From: Deferribacterales bacterium
Lineage (GTDB): Bacteria; Chrysiogenota; Deferribacteres; Deferribacterales; Geovibrionaceae
Direction of reading: 5' to 3'
NCBI GenBank assembly: GCA_050253075.1
Contig: JBFWJS010000004.1
Span: forward strand, 1 to 64,000
DNA length: 64,000 bases
In this document: positions 1 to 10,498 of the stretch, piece by piece
Position numbering within the stretch: the first letter of the stretch is position 1
Layout: each line of letters starts with the position of its first letter
Notes under the pieces: generated by a model
Database searches by the model: none
Seen by the model: only the letters and a program-made list of their open reading frames with translations
What the model was told of the DNA's origin: nothing
Translations under genes and position numbers: made by a program

Positions 1-119
1 ACATTTACCCAAACTATTTGTAGTTGATTAATCTGATTGTTGTTGTTAATTTTTATCATTAAGATATATTTAAAAATAATCGTGATATAATTATTAAATA
101 CAATCAATCAGGATATACT

Positions 120-449
120 ATGGATGATATTTGCGGAGCTATGATTCAGCTCGACAAAGACGGTGTCGTTACATCATGGAATGACAGCGCTTCCGAAATT
201 CTCGGTTTCGATAAAGATACGGTCATAGGCACAAACGCCATGAACAGCATCTTCATCAACGATGTTGCCAAAGGGGGGAACATCCTTAACGTCATCGAGA
301 CAGGCGAAGTCTATTACAGCTTTGATGAATACGCACAAAACAGCGAAGGACACATGCAGCCGGTATCGCTCGTGGTATCTCCGCTTTGCGAAGGCGGCGA
401 AGAGGTCACAGGCGTGACCATACTCGTCAGCAACGTCCTTTTGATATAA
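120..449 (+). CDS. Stand-alone PAS domain protein
   Basis: 109 aa; PAS pattern (IQLDKDGVVTSWNDSASEILGF...VSLVVSPL...GVTILV); AGGA RBS. Confidence 0.8.
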   Translation: MDDICGAMIQLDKDGVVTSWNDSASEILGFDKDTVIGTNAMNSIFINDVAKGGNILNVIETGEVYYSFDEYAQNSEGHMQPVSLVVSPLCEGGEEVTGVTILVSNVLLI

Positions 450-549
450 AAGCCTCTGTCATCCCTCTTCAGCCCATTCCGCCCATATTTTACGCCTGCA
501 TATGCAAATGCCTGATGTAAAAAGCCTGAAAAGATGATATACAGTGCCT

Positions 550-2274
550 ATGAAAAACCTGAAAAGACTCTGGACATATTTTTGTAAATATAAGCTGCTG
601 CTCATCATTGCCGTTATCACATCCTCCGCCGTGGCGGGGACAGATGCAGCCGTGGCATACATTGTAAAAGACATAATGGACGGCATCTTCATAAACAAAG
701 ATACAGAGCTGCTCAGGATGATCCCGCTCGTAATTATTGCACTCTTTCTCATACGCTTCGGGTGCAGATTCCTTCAGTCTTACACTGTTCAGTACGCAGG
801 CGAAAAATCCATAGAGAAGATACGCAACGAAATGTTCTCCAAGGTCGTCAGACTGCCCATGCAGTACTTCCACGAAAACAACATCGGCATCATAATGACA
901 AAGATCATAAACGACGTCGCCATGCTTCAGAGTGCAGTTTCAGCCATGATGCGGATATTCCGCAGTGCGCTCTCCATTGTCTTCCTTTTTGCGGTGATAT
1001 TTAAGCAGAACATACAGCTCGCCGCTATGATACTCCTGCTCATCCCCATCATCACATTCATCATAATGAAGTCAGGGAAAAAGATAAAAAAGACCAGCAG
1101 AAAGATACAGGAACAGACAGGCTTTATGGGTAATGCCCTGAACGAGAGCTTCACGGGGATAAGGGTCGTTAAATCCTTCAACACCGAAGCCCGTGAGGTA
1201 AAAAGATTCAGCAGTGTGGCCATGAAAGAGCTGAAGTATAAGCTGAGACAGGCGATGGTGGCATCCATCAGCGCACCTCTTCTCGAGACACTGGCAGGGC
1301 TCTCTGTCGCAGGCATCATTGCCTACGGCGGGTCTATGGTCATCAGCGGTGAAACCACCACGGGGACTTTCTTCTCGTTCATAACGGCATTCGGGCTAAT
1401 GTTTGAACCTATCAAAAAGATAAACGGATACAACCGTGTGATACAAGTGGCAAACGCTTCTGCGGAAAGGATATTCGAAGTTTTAGATCAGGAAAATAAC
1501 ATTGTCGGCAACAACGGCACTATCATATGCGATGCAAAGGGCGCAGACGTCACATTTGAAAACGTCTCTTTCAGCTACGGCGAAGGCTCTCAGCAGGTTC
1601 TGAAAGACCTCAGCATCACAGTCCCCTACGGCACTACCGTCGCACTCGTCGGGCCGAGCGGAGCGGGCAAGAGCACATTTGTATCGCTTATCCCCCGATT
1701 CTACGATGTAAAAGCTGGCTCTATCAAAATAGGCGGCACAGACATCAGAGACTTCGACGTACACTCTCTGCGCAGAGAGATAGCCATAGTTTCACAGTCG
1801 CCGTTCCTATTCAATAACACCATCAGGTATAACCTGACATACGGATGCGGTGACGACATAACCGAAGAAGAGATGATACAGGCAGCGGAAAAAGCGTATG
1901 CCCTGGACTTTATAAACGCTCTGCCGAACGGATTCGACACACTGATAGGCGAGCGGGGGACAAAGCTCTCCGGCGGGCAGAAGCAAAGGCTCACAATAGC
2001 CAGAGCAATACTCTCCGACCCGCAGATACTGATACTGGACGAGGCGACAAGCGCACTGGACACTGAGTCTGAAAAGATAGTGCAGAGCGCAATGGACAAC
2101 CTTATCAAAAACCGCACATGCTTCACCATAGCCCACAGACTGTCCACTGTTATCGATGCGGACGTAATAGCCGTTGTGGAAAACGGCAGGGTGACAGAGA
2201 CGGGCACACACACAGAGCTGCTCGAAAGCTCAAATACTTATAAAAAGCTGTATGAAATGCAGTTCAATGTATAG
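550..2274 (+). CDS. msbA: MsbA-like ABC transporter (fused permease/ATPase), probable lipid A flippase
   Basis: N-terminal TM domain, Walker A GPSGAGKS, signature LSGGQKQR, Walker B ILILDEAT, AHRLST; alternative GTG start at 544. Confidence 0.8.
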   Translation: MKNLKRLWTYFCKYKLLLIIAVITSSAVAGTDAAVAYIVKDIMDGIFINKDTELLRMIPLVIIALFLIRFGCRFLQSYTVQYAGEKSIEKIRNEMFSKVVRLPMQYFHENNIGIIMTKIINDVAMLQSAVSAMMRIFRSALSIVFLFAVIFKQNIQLAAMILLLIPIITFIIMKSGKKIKKTSRKIQEQTGFMGNALNESFTGIRVVKSFNTEAREVKRFSSVAMKELKYKLRQAMVASISAPLLETLAGLSVAGIIAYGGSMVISGETTTGTFFSFITAFGLMFEPIKKINGYNRVIQVANASAERIFEVLDQENNIVGNNGTIICDAKGADVTFENVSFSYGEGSQQVLKDLSITVPYGTTVALVGPSGAGKSTFVSLIPRFYDVKAGSIKIGGTDIRDFDVHSLRREIAIVSQSPFLFNNTIRYNLTYGCGDDITEEEMIQAAEKAYALDFINALPNGFDTLIGERGTKLSGGQKQRLTIARAILSDPQILILDEATSALDTESEKIVQSAMDNLIKNRTCFTIAHRLSTVIDADVIAVVENGRVTETGTHTELLESSNTYKKLYEMQFNV

Positions 2275-2284
2275 ACGGTAAGAT

Positions 2285-3340
2285 ATGAATATTTGCTTTA
2301 TCAACTTTAACAAAAACTGGGGCGGGGTCAAAACATGGACCTTAGACTTCGGCAAAATACTTCAGCAGAGCGGACACAGCATCACCACGGTGGTGAGGCC
2401 GAACACTCCGTTTGAAACGGAATGCAGGAAAGCAGGCTTTGACGTACACGCATTCAGACCGGGGATGAAATACAGCCCCCTCAGCGTGCTGAAAATAATG
2501 AAGATACTCAAAAGATCCAATATCGACATATGCATAGTAAACATAGCAAAGGATATAAACATCGGCGCAACCGCAGCAAAGCTCTGCGGGATACCTGTCG
2601 TGCGCAGGGTCGGACTGCCTCAGGACGTGCGGAACAACCTTGAGGAAAATGTGCTTTCCAAGCTGACAGATGCCGTGATAGTCCCCAGCAATACCCTGAA
2701 AATGCAGATAAAAGACCTGCCGTATATGAAGGGGAAAGAAATCTATGTCCTGCCGAACAGCAAACAGCCAGAGCTGTATTCTAATAAGAAAAATGACGAA
2801 AAAGAGATAATCATAGGCGTCACCAGTCAGTTATCAAAGACAAAGGGACATAAATATCTGATAGATTCAATGAAAACCCTCTGTGAGAAAGGGCTGGATA
2901 TAAAGCTGAAGATAGTCGGAAGGGGCGGTGCCTACGAAGCGGAACTCAAAGATATGGTTTCCGAATACGGCCTTAACGAAAATATAGAATTTTGCGGATT
3001 TACAAGAGACATCCCCGGATTTCTCTCGGGGCTGGATATATTCGTACTGCCCAGCCTGACAGAAAACTTCCCGAATACGCTGGTGGAAGCCCTCTTTGCA
3101 GGACTGCCATGCATCAGCACCGACACAGGCGGGATACCCGAAGTGGTCGGCGACACAGGCATATTGATACCACCGAAGGACTCCGAGAGCCTCACGACAG
3201 CACTCGAAAAGCTGATATCATCCGAAGAGCTCAGAAATGAGCTGGGAGCAAAGGCGAAAGCAAGAGCCCTTGCAAATTTCGACATAACAGAGAATGCAAA
3301 GAAGCTCGAACAGATATTCGGAGAGATTATCCGCCGATAA
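2285..3340 (+). CDS. Glycosyltransferase family 4 (GT-B), probably LPS-related
   Basis: WGGVKT N-terminal motif; FVLPSLTENFPNTLVEAL...TDTGGIPEVV (EX7E); directly follows msbA. Confidence 0.9.
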   Translation: MNICFINFNKNWGGVKTWTLDFGKILQQSGHSITTVVRPNTPFETECRKAGFDVHAFRPGMKYSPLSVLKIMKILKRSNIDICIVNIAKDINIGATAAKLCGIPVVRRVGLPQDVRNNLEENVLSKLTDAVIVPSNTLKMQIKDLPYMKGKEIYVLPNSKQPELYSNKKNDEKEIIIGVTSQLSKTKGHKYLIDSMKTLCEKGLDIKLKIVGRGGAYEAELKDMVSEYGLNENIEFCGFTRDIPGFLSGLDIFVLPSLTENFPNTLVEALFAGLPCISTDTGGIPEVVGDTGILIPPKDSESLTTALEKLISSEELRNELGAKAKARALANFDITENAKKLEQIFGEIIRR

Positions 3341-4760
3341 TATCGTCTACATTAAGACCTGCGTCTTTATATTCGTTCAGCTTATTTCTAAGGGTGCGGA
3401 CAGTTATGCCCAGCTTTTCCGCTGCTTTTGTCCTGTTGCCGTCTGTCTCTTTCAACGTTTTTATGATGAGCTCACGCTCCATCTCGGCTATGGTTCCTGC
3501 GAACTCTATCCCCGATGATGCTTCTCCGCCGTTCACGGCTTCGCCCGGCTCGTCGCCGTAGCTGTCCACATACGCCAGCTCTTCCTTATCTGTCATGAAC
3601 TGATTGATGGTGATACCGTGCAGAAAGAGGTTCCTTTCGTTGATCACGCCTTCCTTACACAGCACGACTGCACGCTCTATGGTGTGCTCCAGCTCACGCA
3701 CGTTGCCAGGCCAGTCATATTCCAGCAGAGCCTTAACAGCGTCGTCAGCCAGCTTACACAGCCCTTTACCGTTTATCTGTGAATACTTTTCGGCAAAGAA
3801 TGTGGCTAGCTCCATGATGTCTTCTTTGCGCTCACGCAGAGGGGGAAGCTCTATGGAGATTACATTCAGTCTATAGAAAAGGTCTTCACGGAAATTTCCC
3901 GAGTCGACCTCTTTTTTCAATTCTTTGTTAGTGGTGGCGAGGATCCGTACGTTTATCTTCACAGCCTTTGTACCGCCGAGTCTCTCGACCTCTTTCTCCT
4001 GAAGCACACGCAGCAGCTTTGCCTGCAGGTGGAGCGGTATCTCGCCCAGTTCGTCGAGAAGTATAGTGCCTCCGTCCGCCAGCTCAAACTTGCCCGGCTT
4101 ACGGTTCGCCGCACCCGTGAATGCGCCCTTTTCATATCCGAAGAGTTCGCTCTCCATGAGGTTTTCGGGGAGCGCCGCACAGTTTACCGCTATGAACGGA
4201 CCTGATGCACGGTTAGAGTTTTCGTGGATAAATCTGGCGAAGACCTCTTTACCCGTACCTGATTCCCCCGTGATGAGCACTGTCGCTTCGCTGGCTGCGA
4301 CGTCCCTCGCCAGAGCGAAAAGCTGCGACATGAAAGCCGAGCGGAATATCGCCGTATTCTTTTTACGCTTTGTGCTGGGGGCTGTCTCTTCTATCTCGAG
4401 CACCCTGCGGACGAGTTCCTCTATCACTTCGGGTGCGAAAGGTTTTAAAATGTAGTCGTATGCGCCGAGCTTCAGGGCGTCCACGGCGTTGTTCACCGTG
4501 CCGAAAGCCGTCACGAAGCAGAGCGGTGTCGTTATCCCTGCGGACTGGATCATGTTCATCATGGTCATACCGTCGACATTCGGCATACGCATGTCGCTTA
4601 TGATCAGGTCATACGGGTTCTTTGACGCTTTTTCAAAGCCCTCCTGACCGTCTGTGGCATACTCCACCACCACGCCCATACGGCGCACTGTCTCGAGCAT
4701 TGCCTCGCGCATGTTGTCGTCGTCGTCTACTATCAAAATCTTCTTTGATGAAATATCCAT
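3327..4760 (-). CDS. Sigma54-dependent response regulator (FleR/FlgR-like)
   Basis: REC domain (VDDD, SDMRMP), GESGTGKE, GAFTGA, WPGNVREL, Fis-type HTH. Confidence 0.9.
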   Translation of the reverse strand: MDISSKKILIVDDDDNMREAMLETVRRMGVVVEYATDGQEGFEKASKNPYDLIISDMRMPNVDGMTMMNMIQSAGITTPLCFVTAFGTVNNAVDALKLGAYDYILKPFAPEVIEELVRRVLEIEETAPSTKRKKNTAIFRSAFMSQLFALARDVAASEATVLITGESGTGKEVFARFIHENSNRASGPFIAVNCAALPENLMESELFGYEKGAFTGAANRKPGKFELADGGTILLDELGEIPLHLQAKLLRVLQEKEVERLGGTKAVKINVRILATTNKELKKEVDSGNFREDLFYRLNVISIELPPLRERKEDIMELATFFAEKYSQINGKGLCKLADDAVKALLEYDWPGNVRELEHTIERAVVLCKEGVINERNLFLHGITINQFMTDKEELAYVDSYGDEPGEAVNGGEASSGIEFAGTIAEMERELIIKTLKETDGNRTKAAEKLGITVRTLRNKLNEYKDAGLNVDDIIGG

Positions 4761-4775
4761 TAAACACCTGCTTTT

Positions 4776-4843
4776 GTCATCCTGAATGAAATGAAGGATC
4801 CGTGCTTATCGGCAAGCAGATTCTTCGCAAAGCTCAGAATGAC
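4776..4843. repeat. CGTC-type palindromic (REP-like) element pair
   Basis: gtcatcctgaatgaaatgaaggatc...gattcttcgcaaagctcagaatgac; related copies elsewhere in the window. Confidence 0.7.
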
Positions 4844-4853
4844 CTTATTCTGT

Positions 4854-5981
4854 CTAAATAGGGAGCTCCACACGAAACTTCGTAAAGCTCTCTCCGTCGC
4901 TGTCCACCGTGATGTTCCCTTCGTGAGCCTTGATGATCTTATAAACAATCGCAAGCCCGAGCCCTGTCCCTTTTGCCTTTGTGGTCTGGAAAGGTATGAA
5001 GAGCTTCTTACGCATATCTTTGCCTATGCCGCTGCCGTTGTCTGAAACGGTGAAGCCGCTGAGGCCTTCCTCACAGAAGGATTCCATGACTATCTCGCCG
5101 TTTTCGCCCACTGCGTCTATGGCATTATGCACGAGGTTCATCACTACCTGTTTGAAGAGCTCCATGTCGCATCTCAGCATATGCTCTTCGTCTATCTTAT
5201 TTATAAATCTAACACTCTTGTCACGCATCAGATGCTGCATATAGAGTATGACATCGTCTACGATATCGGCAACATGATGATCGGATTTAACCAGCTGTAT
5301 TTCTTTGGTAAATATCAGTATGTTTGATATGATCGAGTTTATGGTGCGCACACCCTTCACTATGGATCTGGTGAGCTTTACGCCCGATTCATTATTTTTA
5401 AGGTCACGCTCCAGCAGAGATGCAAAGAGCTCTATACTCCCCAGAGGGTTGCGTATGTCGTGGGCAATGTTTGCCGCCATTTCACCCATCAGCTTCAGCT
5501 TTTCGTCACGCTGACGCTCCATCTCGAGATGGCGCAGGTGTGTTATATCATTGATAACGTAAACGTATCCTTTCTGCTCTTCATTATCCAGAAGTCCGAC
5601 GGAGAGCCTGAATGTAAGCCCGTCCACCTCATGGTCGAAAACTCCCGCACGGCTGTATTCCTTCAGCATGGAGAAGAATGTCTCTTCGCCTATGTCGTCT
5701 ATCAGCTTATCCGCCACAGGGTTTTTCACCAGCATGTTAAAGCTCTCGTCCACGGCTGATACACAGCTGTTCGAATTATACAGCACGGATTCCAGAAGGC
5801 TGGATATCTTCGACAGCTCCACGTTCTTTTCCTGAACCTCTACACGGAGCTTTTTCGCCTCATCCTCGATGATGGCGTATTTCTCCTCAAGCTGTATGGA
5901 CGCTTTATTAAACTGTTCGAAAGCCTCCATCAGCATTTCTAGCTCTTTCGGCTGTTCTACTTTGTCAGGTTTTTCCGCCAC
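4854..5981 (-). CDS. Cytoplasmic sensor histidine kinase (FleS/FlgS-like)
   Basis: H-box AHDIRNPL, N-box NLVHNAIDA, DNGSG, KGTGLGL; coiled-coil N-terminus and no TM segment; GTG start with GGAG RBS. Confidence 0.88.
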   Translation of the reverse strand: MAEKPDKVEQPKELEMLMEAFEQFNKASIQLEEKYAIIEDEAKKLRVEVQEKNVELSKISSLLESVLYNSNSCVSAVDESFNMLVKNPVADKLIDDIGEETFFSMLKEYSRAGVFDHEVDGLTFRLSVGLLDNEEQKGYVYVINDITHLRHLEMERQRDEKLKLMGEMAANIAHDIRNPLGSIELFASLLERDLKNNESGVKLTRSIVKGVRTINSIISNILIFTKEIQLVKSDHHVADIVDDVILYMQHLMRDKSVRFINKIDEEHMLRCDMELFKQVVMNLVHNAIDAVGENGEIVMESFCEEGLSGFTVSDNGSGIGKDMRKKLFIPFQTTKAKGTGLGLAIVYKIIKAHEGNITVDSDGESFTKFRVELPI

Positions 5982-8584
5982 TTTATCTCCTCCAGTTCAC
6001 TTCTGGCTGCACTGGCATAGACAGAGTCAGGCACACTGTCGAGAAGCTCCATAAAAGCATTCACCGCCTGCTCTTCCTTATTGTTCATCTTTATGTATGT
6101 CTTTCCGAGGTAATAGAGCCCTTCCGCCCTCTTCTCGTCCCTCGGCATATGTTTCAGCTTAAACTGTTCGAGAACCTTTGCAGCATTCTCGAAATTGTTT
6201 CTCTTGTAATATGCGATGCCCGTATCCAGATATACTTCGTCGTATCCTTCAAACCTGCTGTCTTCGTCTTTATCCAGCCTTTCATACAGGTCAAAGAGGA
6301 TGGCCTCACGCTTAAGATCGTCAAAGACCCCTTTGCTGATGCTGTATATCTTGCCTGCGGCGTATTTCTTATCATTTGTATAGCTCTTCAGCATGCCTAT
6401 GATGTAGTCAGGCTTCGTGGATTCCAGCTCCTGCACCAGATAGTCCATCATACTGTCGGCGAAGATGTTAGGGTTTATCTGGTCTGTTATCAGACCGAGC
6501 ATTATCGCCGTCATCAGATAATAGGGATTCTGCTTATTCTCAACCTGATTCAGTATTTTAATGGATTCGTCACGCATCCCCATCTTATACAGGGCAAATG
6601 CGGTGTAGCTCTTCACCTTATCACGGAAAGCGGCATCGCCCCCCTCGGCTACAAAGTCTGTGTTGTGGTCGTTCAGGCTTATTATCTTAAGGAACTCTTT
6701 ATTCGCATAGTAGGAGTCCATCTCTCTGGATATAGAGTCCACCATCATCTTTTCCGCTTCCGCTATATGTACTCCGTTAGGGAACGATGTACGGTATTCC
6801 GCCAGAGCTATGATGGCATCTGCGAGGTGTTCTTCCTCATAGAGCTGTTTGCCGTATGCGAATTTCGCCTCCTGCAGCATGTCTATCCACTTATCGGGGT
6901 TTATCAGGTCGGTATTCTCCGTCAGATAAACCGTCAGCTCGTCTATGGTGTCCTTGTACTGTCCGTTATAGAACTTATCTTTGATATCGCCGAAGCTGAT
7001 ATCCTGCAGGATCTCTGTCGCCTCACGCTTAAACTCCGTATCGGGGAAAACGGTGAGCATCTCTTCTATGAGCCTCTTCGCTTCCTGATACTGGGATTTC
7101 TGATAAGCATCACGAGCCTTTGTCAGCGTGATTATCTGGCGTATACGGTAAACGTCCTGAAGGTGGTTTGATGTGAAGTTCTTTCTTATGAATTCCTCCA
7201 CACGCTTATCCGCCTCGTCGTATTTATTCTGTTTAAAGAAGGCGTTGATCAGCACAAGCTGAGCCTCCGAACGGATGTCCAGGTCGTCGGAGTTCAGAGC
7301 ATTTTCAAGCTCTTTTTCCCACTCTTCGGGCATCTTTTCCTCGAGGTGTCTGCGGGCATACATAACAGAACAGAGCAGACCGCCCTTTTTCTCTTTATAC
7401 ACCTGACGACAGATGTCGAGCCTTGCGTCTGTGGCTACGTCATTTTTAAGGAATTCATACATTCTGGCAGAGTCATACATAGCCATATCCGCCAGATCGT
7501 TCGAAGGATAAAGGGCATAGACCTTTTCAAATGCTTCTCTGGCGTCGTCATACTTCGTACGCTGAGAGAAGACCTCTCCCATTGTGTAGAGCTCCTCTGC
7601 GCCGAGCAAACCCAGCTCCTGCTTATTATCCAGAACGGTGAGAAATGTCCTGTAGGCAAGGTCGAAGTCTTTCTTTTTCGCCTGCAGCATACCTATCTTT
7701 GCCTTTTGAGCGGTGAACGTTTCTTTGAAGTTGTGTATGACATTCTCGTGGGCGTCTATCGCCTTTTCATACTGCCCTGCTTTAGCATATATGTCCGCTA
7801 TGCGCTCGTAGGCCATCTTTCTTATATCTCTGTCACGCAGAGACTTTATGACATTATTATACGCAAATATCGCTTCGTTATACTGCATGGCGAGCTCCTT
7901 CGCTTCTGCAGTTTTTATCAGCACGTCCTTCTTACGAAAGGATTCGGGGTATTCCTTTATAAATTCGTCGAATATCTTTGCGGCAAAGATATAGTTGTCG
8001 TCGGACTGCTCGCCCATTTTGAAATAGACCATCCCCAGCCTGAAGAGCCCCTCCTGCCTGTAATACCCCTCAACGCCTGAGTTCAGGAAGTTTTCTGTCA
8101 GGGTCATGGCATATGCGAGGTCATCCTCTGTCATGGCGTCGTCTATCATGCCGAGCACTTCCTCGGCGTTTTTATCGTCCAGTATCCTTGCATTATCTTT
8201 TATCAGAGGCTGTTCGATGCCGTAGCCAAGCTGTATGCCGTCTTCTTTCTTCTTTTTCGCCGCTGTTATGAGTATGTCGCCTTTTGTTCTGGATAGCGAA
8301 TAGTCCGTCTCGGGGAAGAAAGATATGATGACCATACGCCCGTCTATGGAGACAGACTTAAAGAAAGGGTCGTTGAAATTGCCTACAGAGTTGGCCTCCA
8401 GCGGATTTAACAGCTCCACCATCATGCGGCTCTCACCCTCGCTGACAGAGACAATCCTGTCTGCCATGCCGGCTATGATAAATTCGGAAAAATGCCCGTT
8501 ATTACGGATATAAACACCCGCAGCGTGAGCAGTGATAAACATAAAAAAGGTTAAAATTATTAAAAATATCCTAGCCATTGGCAT
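5957..8584 (-). CDS. Exported tetratricopeptide-repeat protein
   Basis: Signal peptide and many TPR-like helical pairs; overlaps the kinase start by 25 nt. Confidence 0.8.
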   Translation of the reverse strand: MPMARIFLIILTFFMFITAHAAGVYIRNNGHFSEFIIAGMADRIVSVSEGESRMMVELLNPLEANSVGNFNDPFFKSVSIDGRMVIISFFPETDYSLSRTKGDILITAAKKKKEDGIQLGYGIEQPLIKDNARILDDKNAEEVLGMIDDAMTEDDLAYAMTLTENFLNSGVEGYYRQEGLFRLGMVYFKMGEQSDDNYIFAAKIFDEFIKEYPESFRKKDVLIKTAEAKELAMQYNEAIFAYNNVIKSLRDRDIRKMAYERIADIYAKAGQYEKAIDAHENVIHNFKETFTAQKAKIGMLQAKKKDFDLAYRTFLTVLDNKQELGLLGAEELYTMGEVFSQRTKYDDAREAFEKVYALYPSNDLADMAMYDSARMYEFLKNDVATDARLDICRQVYKEKKGGLLCSVMYARRHLEEKMPEEWEKELENALNSDDLDIRSEAQLVLINAFFKQNKYDEADKRVEEFIRKNFTSNHLQDVYRIRQIITLTKARDAYQKSQYQEAKRLIEEMLTVFPDTEFKREATEILQDISFGDIKDKFYNGQYKDTIDELTVYLTENTDLINPDKWIDMLQEAKFAYGKQLYEEEHLADAIIALAEYRTSFPNGVHIAEAEKMMVDSISREMDSYYANKEFLKIISLNDHNTDFVAEGGDAAFRDKVKSYTAFALYKMGMRDESIKILNQVENKQNPYYLMTAIMLGLITDQINPNIFADSMMDYLVQELESTKPDYIIGMLKSYTNDKKYAAGKIYSISKGVFDDLKREAILFDLYERLDKDEDSRFEGYDEVYLDTGIAYYKRNNFENAAKVLEQFKLKHMPRDEKRAEGLYYLGKTYIKMNNKEEQAVNAFMELLDSVPDSVYASAARSELEEIKWRKNLTK

Positions 8585-8687
8585 ATTCTACAGTAAGGCG
8601 TGAAACCCTGCAACTATCCTTTGTTGATTATTTGTTGAAGACTAAAATTATTCGTGGTAGTTTAAATTACTAACGCGAGGGTGAAAG

Positions 8688-9578
8688 ATGGCATTAGATC
8701 ACGGCATTCTACTCGAAACAGGTACAAACGAATTTGAAATCGTTGAATTTATTATCAGATCAGACACAAAGGAACATCATTTCGGTATTAACGTTGCAAA
8801 AGTCAGGGAGGTTATCAGGTTTCCTGATATAGTACACGTGCCGGATGCCCATCCAAGTGTTGTAGGAACTGCTAATATCAGACAAAAGCTCATCCCCATC
8901 ATAGACCTTGCCCAGTGGCTGGAGCTTAAATACGACGATGAATATAAAGACAAGAAGATCATCGTCACATTCTTTAACCACCAGTACAACGGCTTTGTCG
9001 TGGACGAGGTTGTGCGCATACACCGCATCACATGGGCAGATATAAAAGACTATTCATCCATCACTGACTTCTCACTGGTTGAGACGGTGCTTGGCGTTAT
9101 AGATATCGGCGGAAATCTCATTCAGCTTCTCGACTTTGAGAAGATTGTACTAGAGATGAACCCGGACACAGGACTGAAACAGGTCGAGATCGACTATTCC
9201 AAATCTCACCTGAGACAGGACAAGATAGTATTCCTCGCCGAGGACTCCACTGTTATCAGGACATTCCTGCACAGCCATCTGGAGCAGTCGGGATATCAGG
9301 TTTACGCATTTGAAAACGGCAAACTGCTGCTGAACAAGCTGAAAGAGCTCACACCGCACCTCGTCGTAACAGACCTTGAGATGCCCGTCACAGACGGTGC
9401 TTTCGTTGTGAAGACCATCAGGGAAAACCCAGAAACAAGGGACATCCCCGTGCTGGTATTCTCCTCTCTCGCATCCGAGGAAAACGAAAGAAAGGTTATG
9501 AGCGTCGGAGCAAACCGCTTCATCGGTAAGCCCGATACGGACATTCTCGTTAACGAAGTAGATAAATATCTTATATAA
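8688..9578 (+). CDS. cheV: Chemotaxis protein CheV (CheW + REC)
   Basis: LLETGTNEFEIVEF, FGINVAKVREVI, C-terminal receiver (AEDS, TDLEMP). Confidence 0.92.
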   Translation: MALDHGILLETGTNEFEIVEFIIRSDTKEHHFGINVAKVREVIRFPDIVHVPDAHPSVVGTANIRQKLIPIIDLAQWLELKYDDEYKDKKIIVTFFNHQYNGFVVDEVVRIHRITWADIKDYSSITDFSLVETVLGVIDIGGNLIQLLDFEKIVLEMNPDTGLKQVEIDYSKSHLRQDKIVFLAEDSTVIRTFLHSHLEQSGYQVYAFENGKLLLNKLKELTPHLVVTDLEMPVTDGAFVVKTIRENPETRDIPVLVFSSLASEENERKVMSVGANRFIGKPDTDILVNEVDKYLI

Positions 9579-9588
9579 AGGAGAGATC

Positions 9589-10347
9589 ATGATTAAGAAA
9601 TTAGCTGTTGTTTTGATAGCAGGACTTTCCCTTTCTGCCTGTACGGGCAACCAGGACCTTGTCCAGCAGAGTCTTAACAATATTAAGGACGAAATGCTCG
9701 GCATCCAGTCCACCATAGGCGATATGCAGGTGCAGATTCAGTCTCTGGATAAAGATATCCGTATGAACTCAGACAGCATCAACAAAAACTCCGATGCTAT
9801 ATCTCAGCTCCGTGAGGAAATGACTGTGACAAACACGGACATCATGGAACTGAAAGACCGTGTGACAGAGCTTGAAAAAACAAAGATGGAACTTTCCGAC
9901 GCCGGCAAAGCACCTGAAATGGTGAAAGAGAACGGTGAGGATGTCATCATCATAGAGGACAACATTCAGGACAAGATCGGACTTTACACTTACGCATACG
10001 AGCTGTACCGCAGCGGTAAATATGCCGAGAGCGAAGCAAAGTTCGGCGAATTCCTTCAGCGCTACCCTGACGTAGAGAGATCAGACAACGCCATGTACTG
10101 GCTTGGCGAGATCAAATACGCTCAGAAAGACTACGAAGGCGCAATAGCTAAGTTTCAGGAGCTCGTAGACAAATATCCCGAAGGGAACAAAGTGCCCGAC
10201 GCACTCCTTAAAATGGGATACAGCTACGGCAACATCTCAGATAAAGACAACGCCGTGGCAACACTGCAGAGAGTCGTATCCGAATACGGCGACACAGACG
10301 CAGCCAGACTCGCCACAAACAAACTCCGCTTCTGGGGAGTTAACTAA
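9589..10347 (+). CDS. cpoB: Tol-Pal-associated CpoB/YbgF-like lipoprotein
   Basis: Lipobox LSAC, coiled coil, TPRs (DNAMYWLGE, NKVPDALLKMG). Confidence 0.8.
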   Translation: MIKKLAVVLIAGLSLSACTGNQDLVQQSLNNIKDEMLGIQSTIGDMQVQIQSLDKDIRMNSDSINKNSDAISQLREEMTVTNTDIMELKDRVTELEKTKMELSDAGKAPEMVKENGEDVIIIEDNIQDKIGLYTYAYELYRSGKYAESEAKFGEFLQRYPDVERSDNAMYWLGEIKYAQKDYEGAIAKFQELVDKYPEGNKVPDALLKMGYSYGNISDKDNAVATLQRVVSEYGDTDAARLATNKLRFWGVN

Positions 10348-10374
10348 GACTTCTACCCTTTCACGGGTTTAAAT

Positions 10375-10410
10375 AAAAAAGGCGGAAGCATTTGCTTACC
10401 GCCTTTTTTT
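10375..10410. terminator. Bidirectional intrinsic terminator between cpoB and glyA
   Basis: aaaaaaggcggaagc-attt-gcttaccgccttttttt. Confidence 0.8.
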
Positions 10411-10498
10411 ATACCTATATAACATTGCTCTATACAATACCGCACTCTTCTAACACGGGCTAAGCCCATGCGGTACTGCCCGCGAGCGGGTTATCCTA

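Noticed and set aside
6149..8080. Long antisense ORFs (340 and 244 aa), and similar ones such as 42443-43210 and 58720-59379
   Set aside because: They are shadows of well-supported genes on the other strand, with no recognisable motifs
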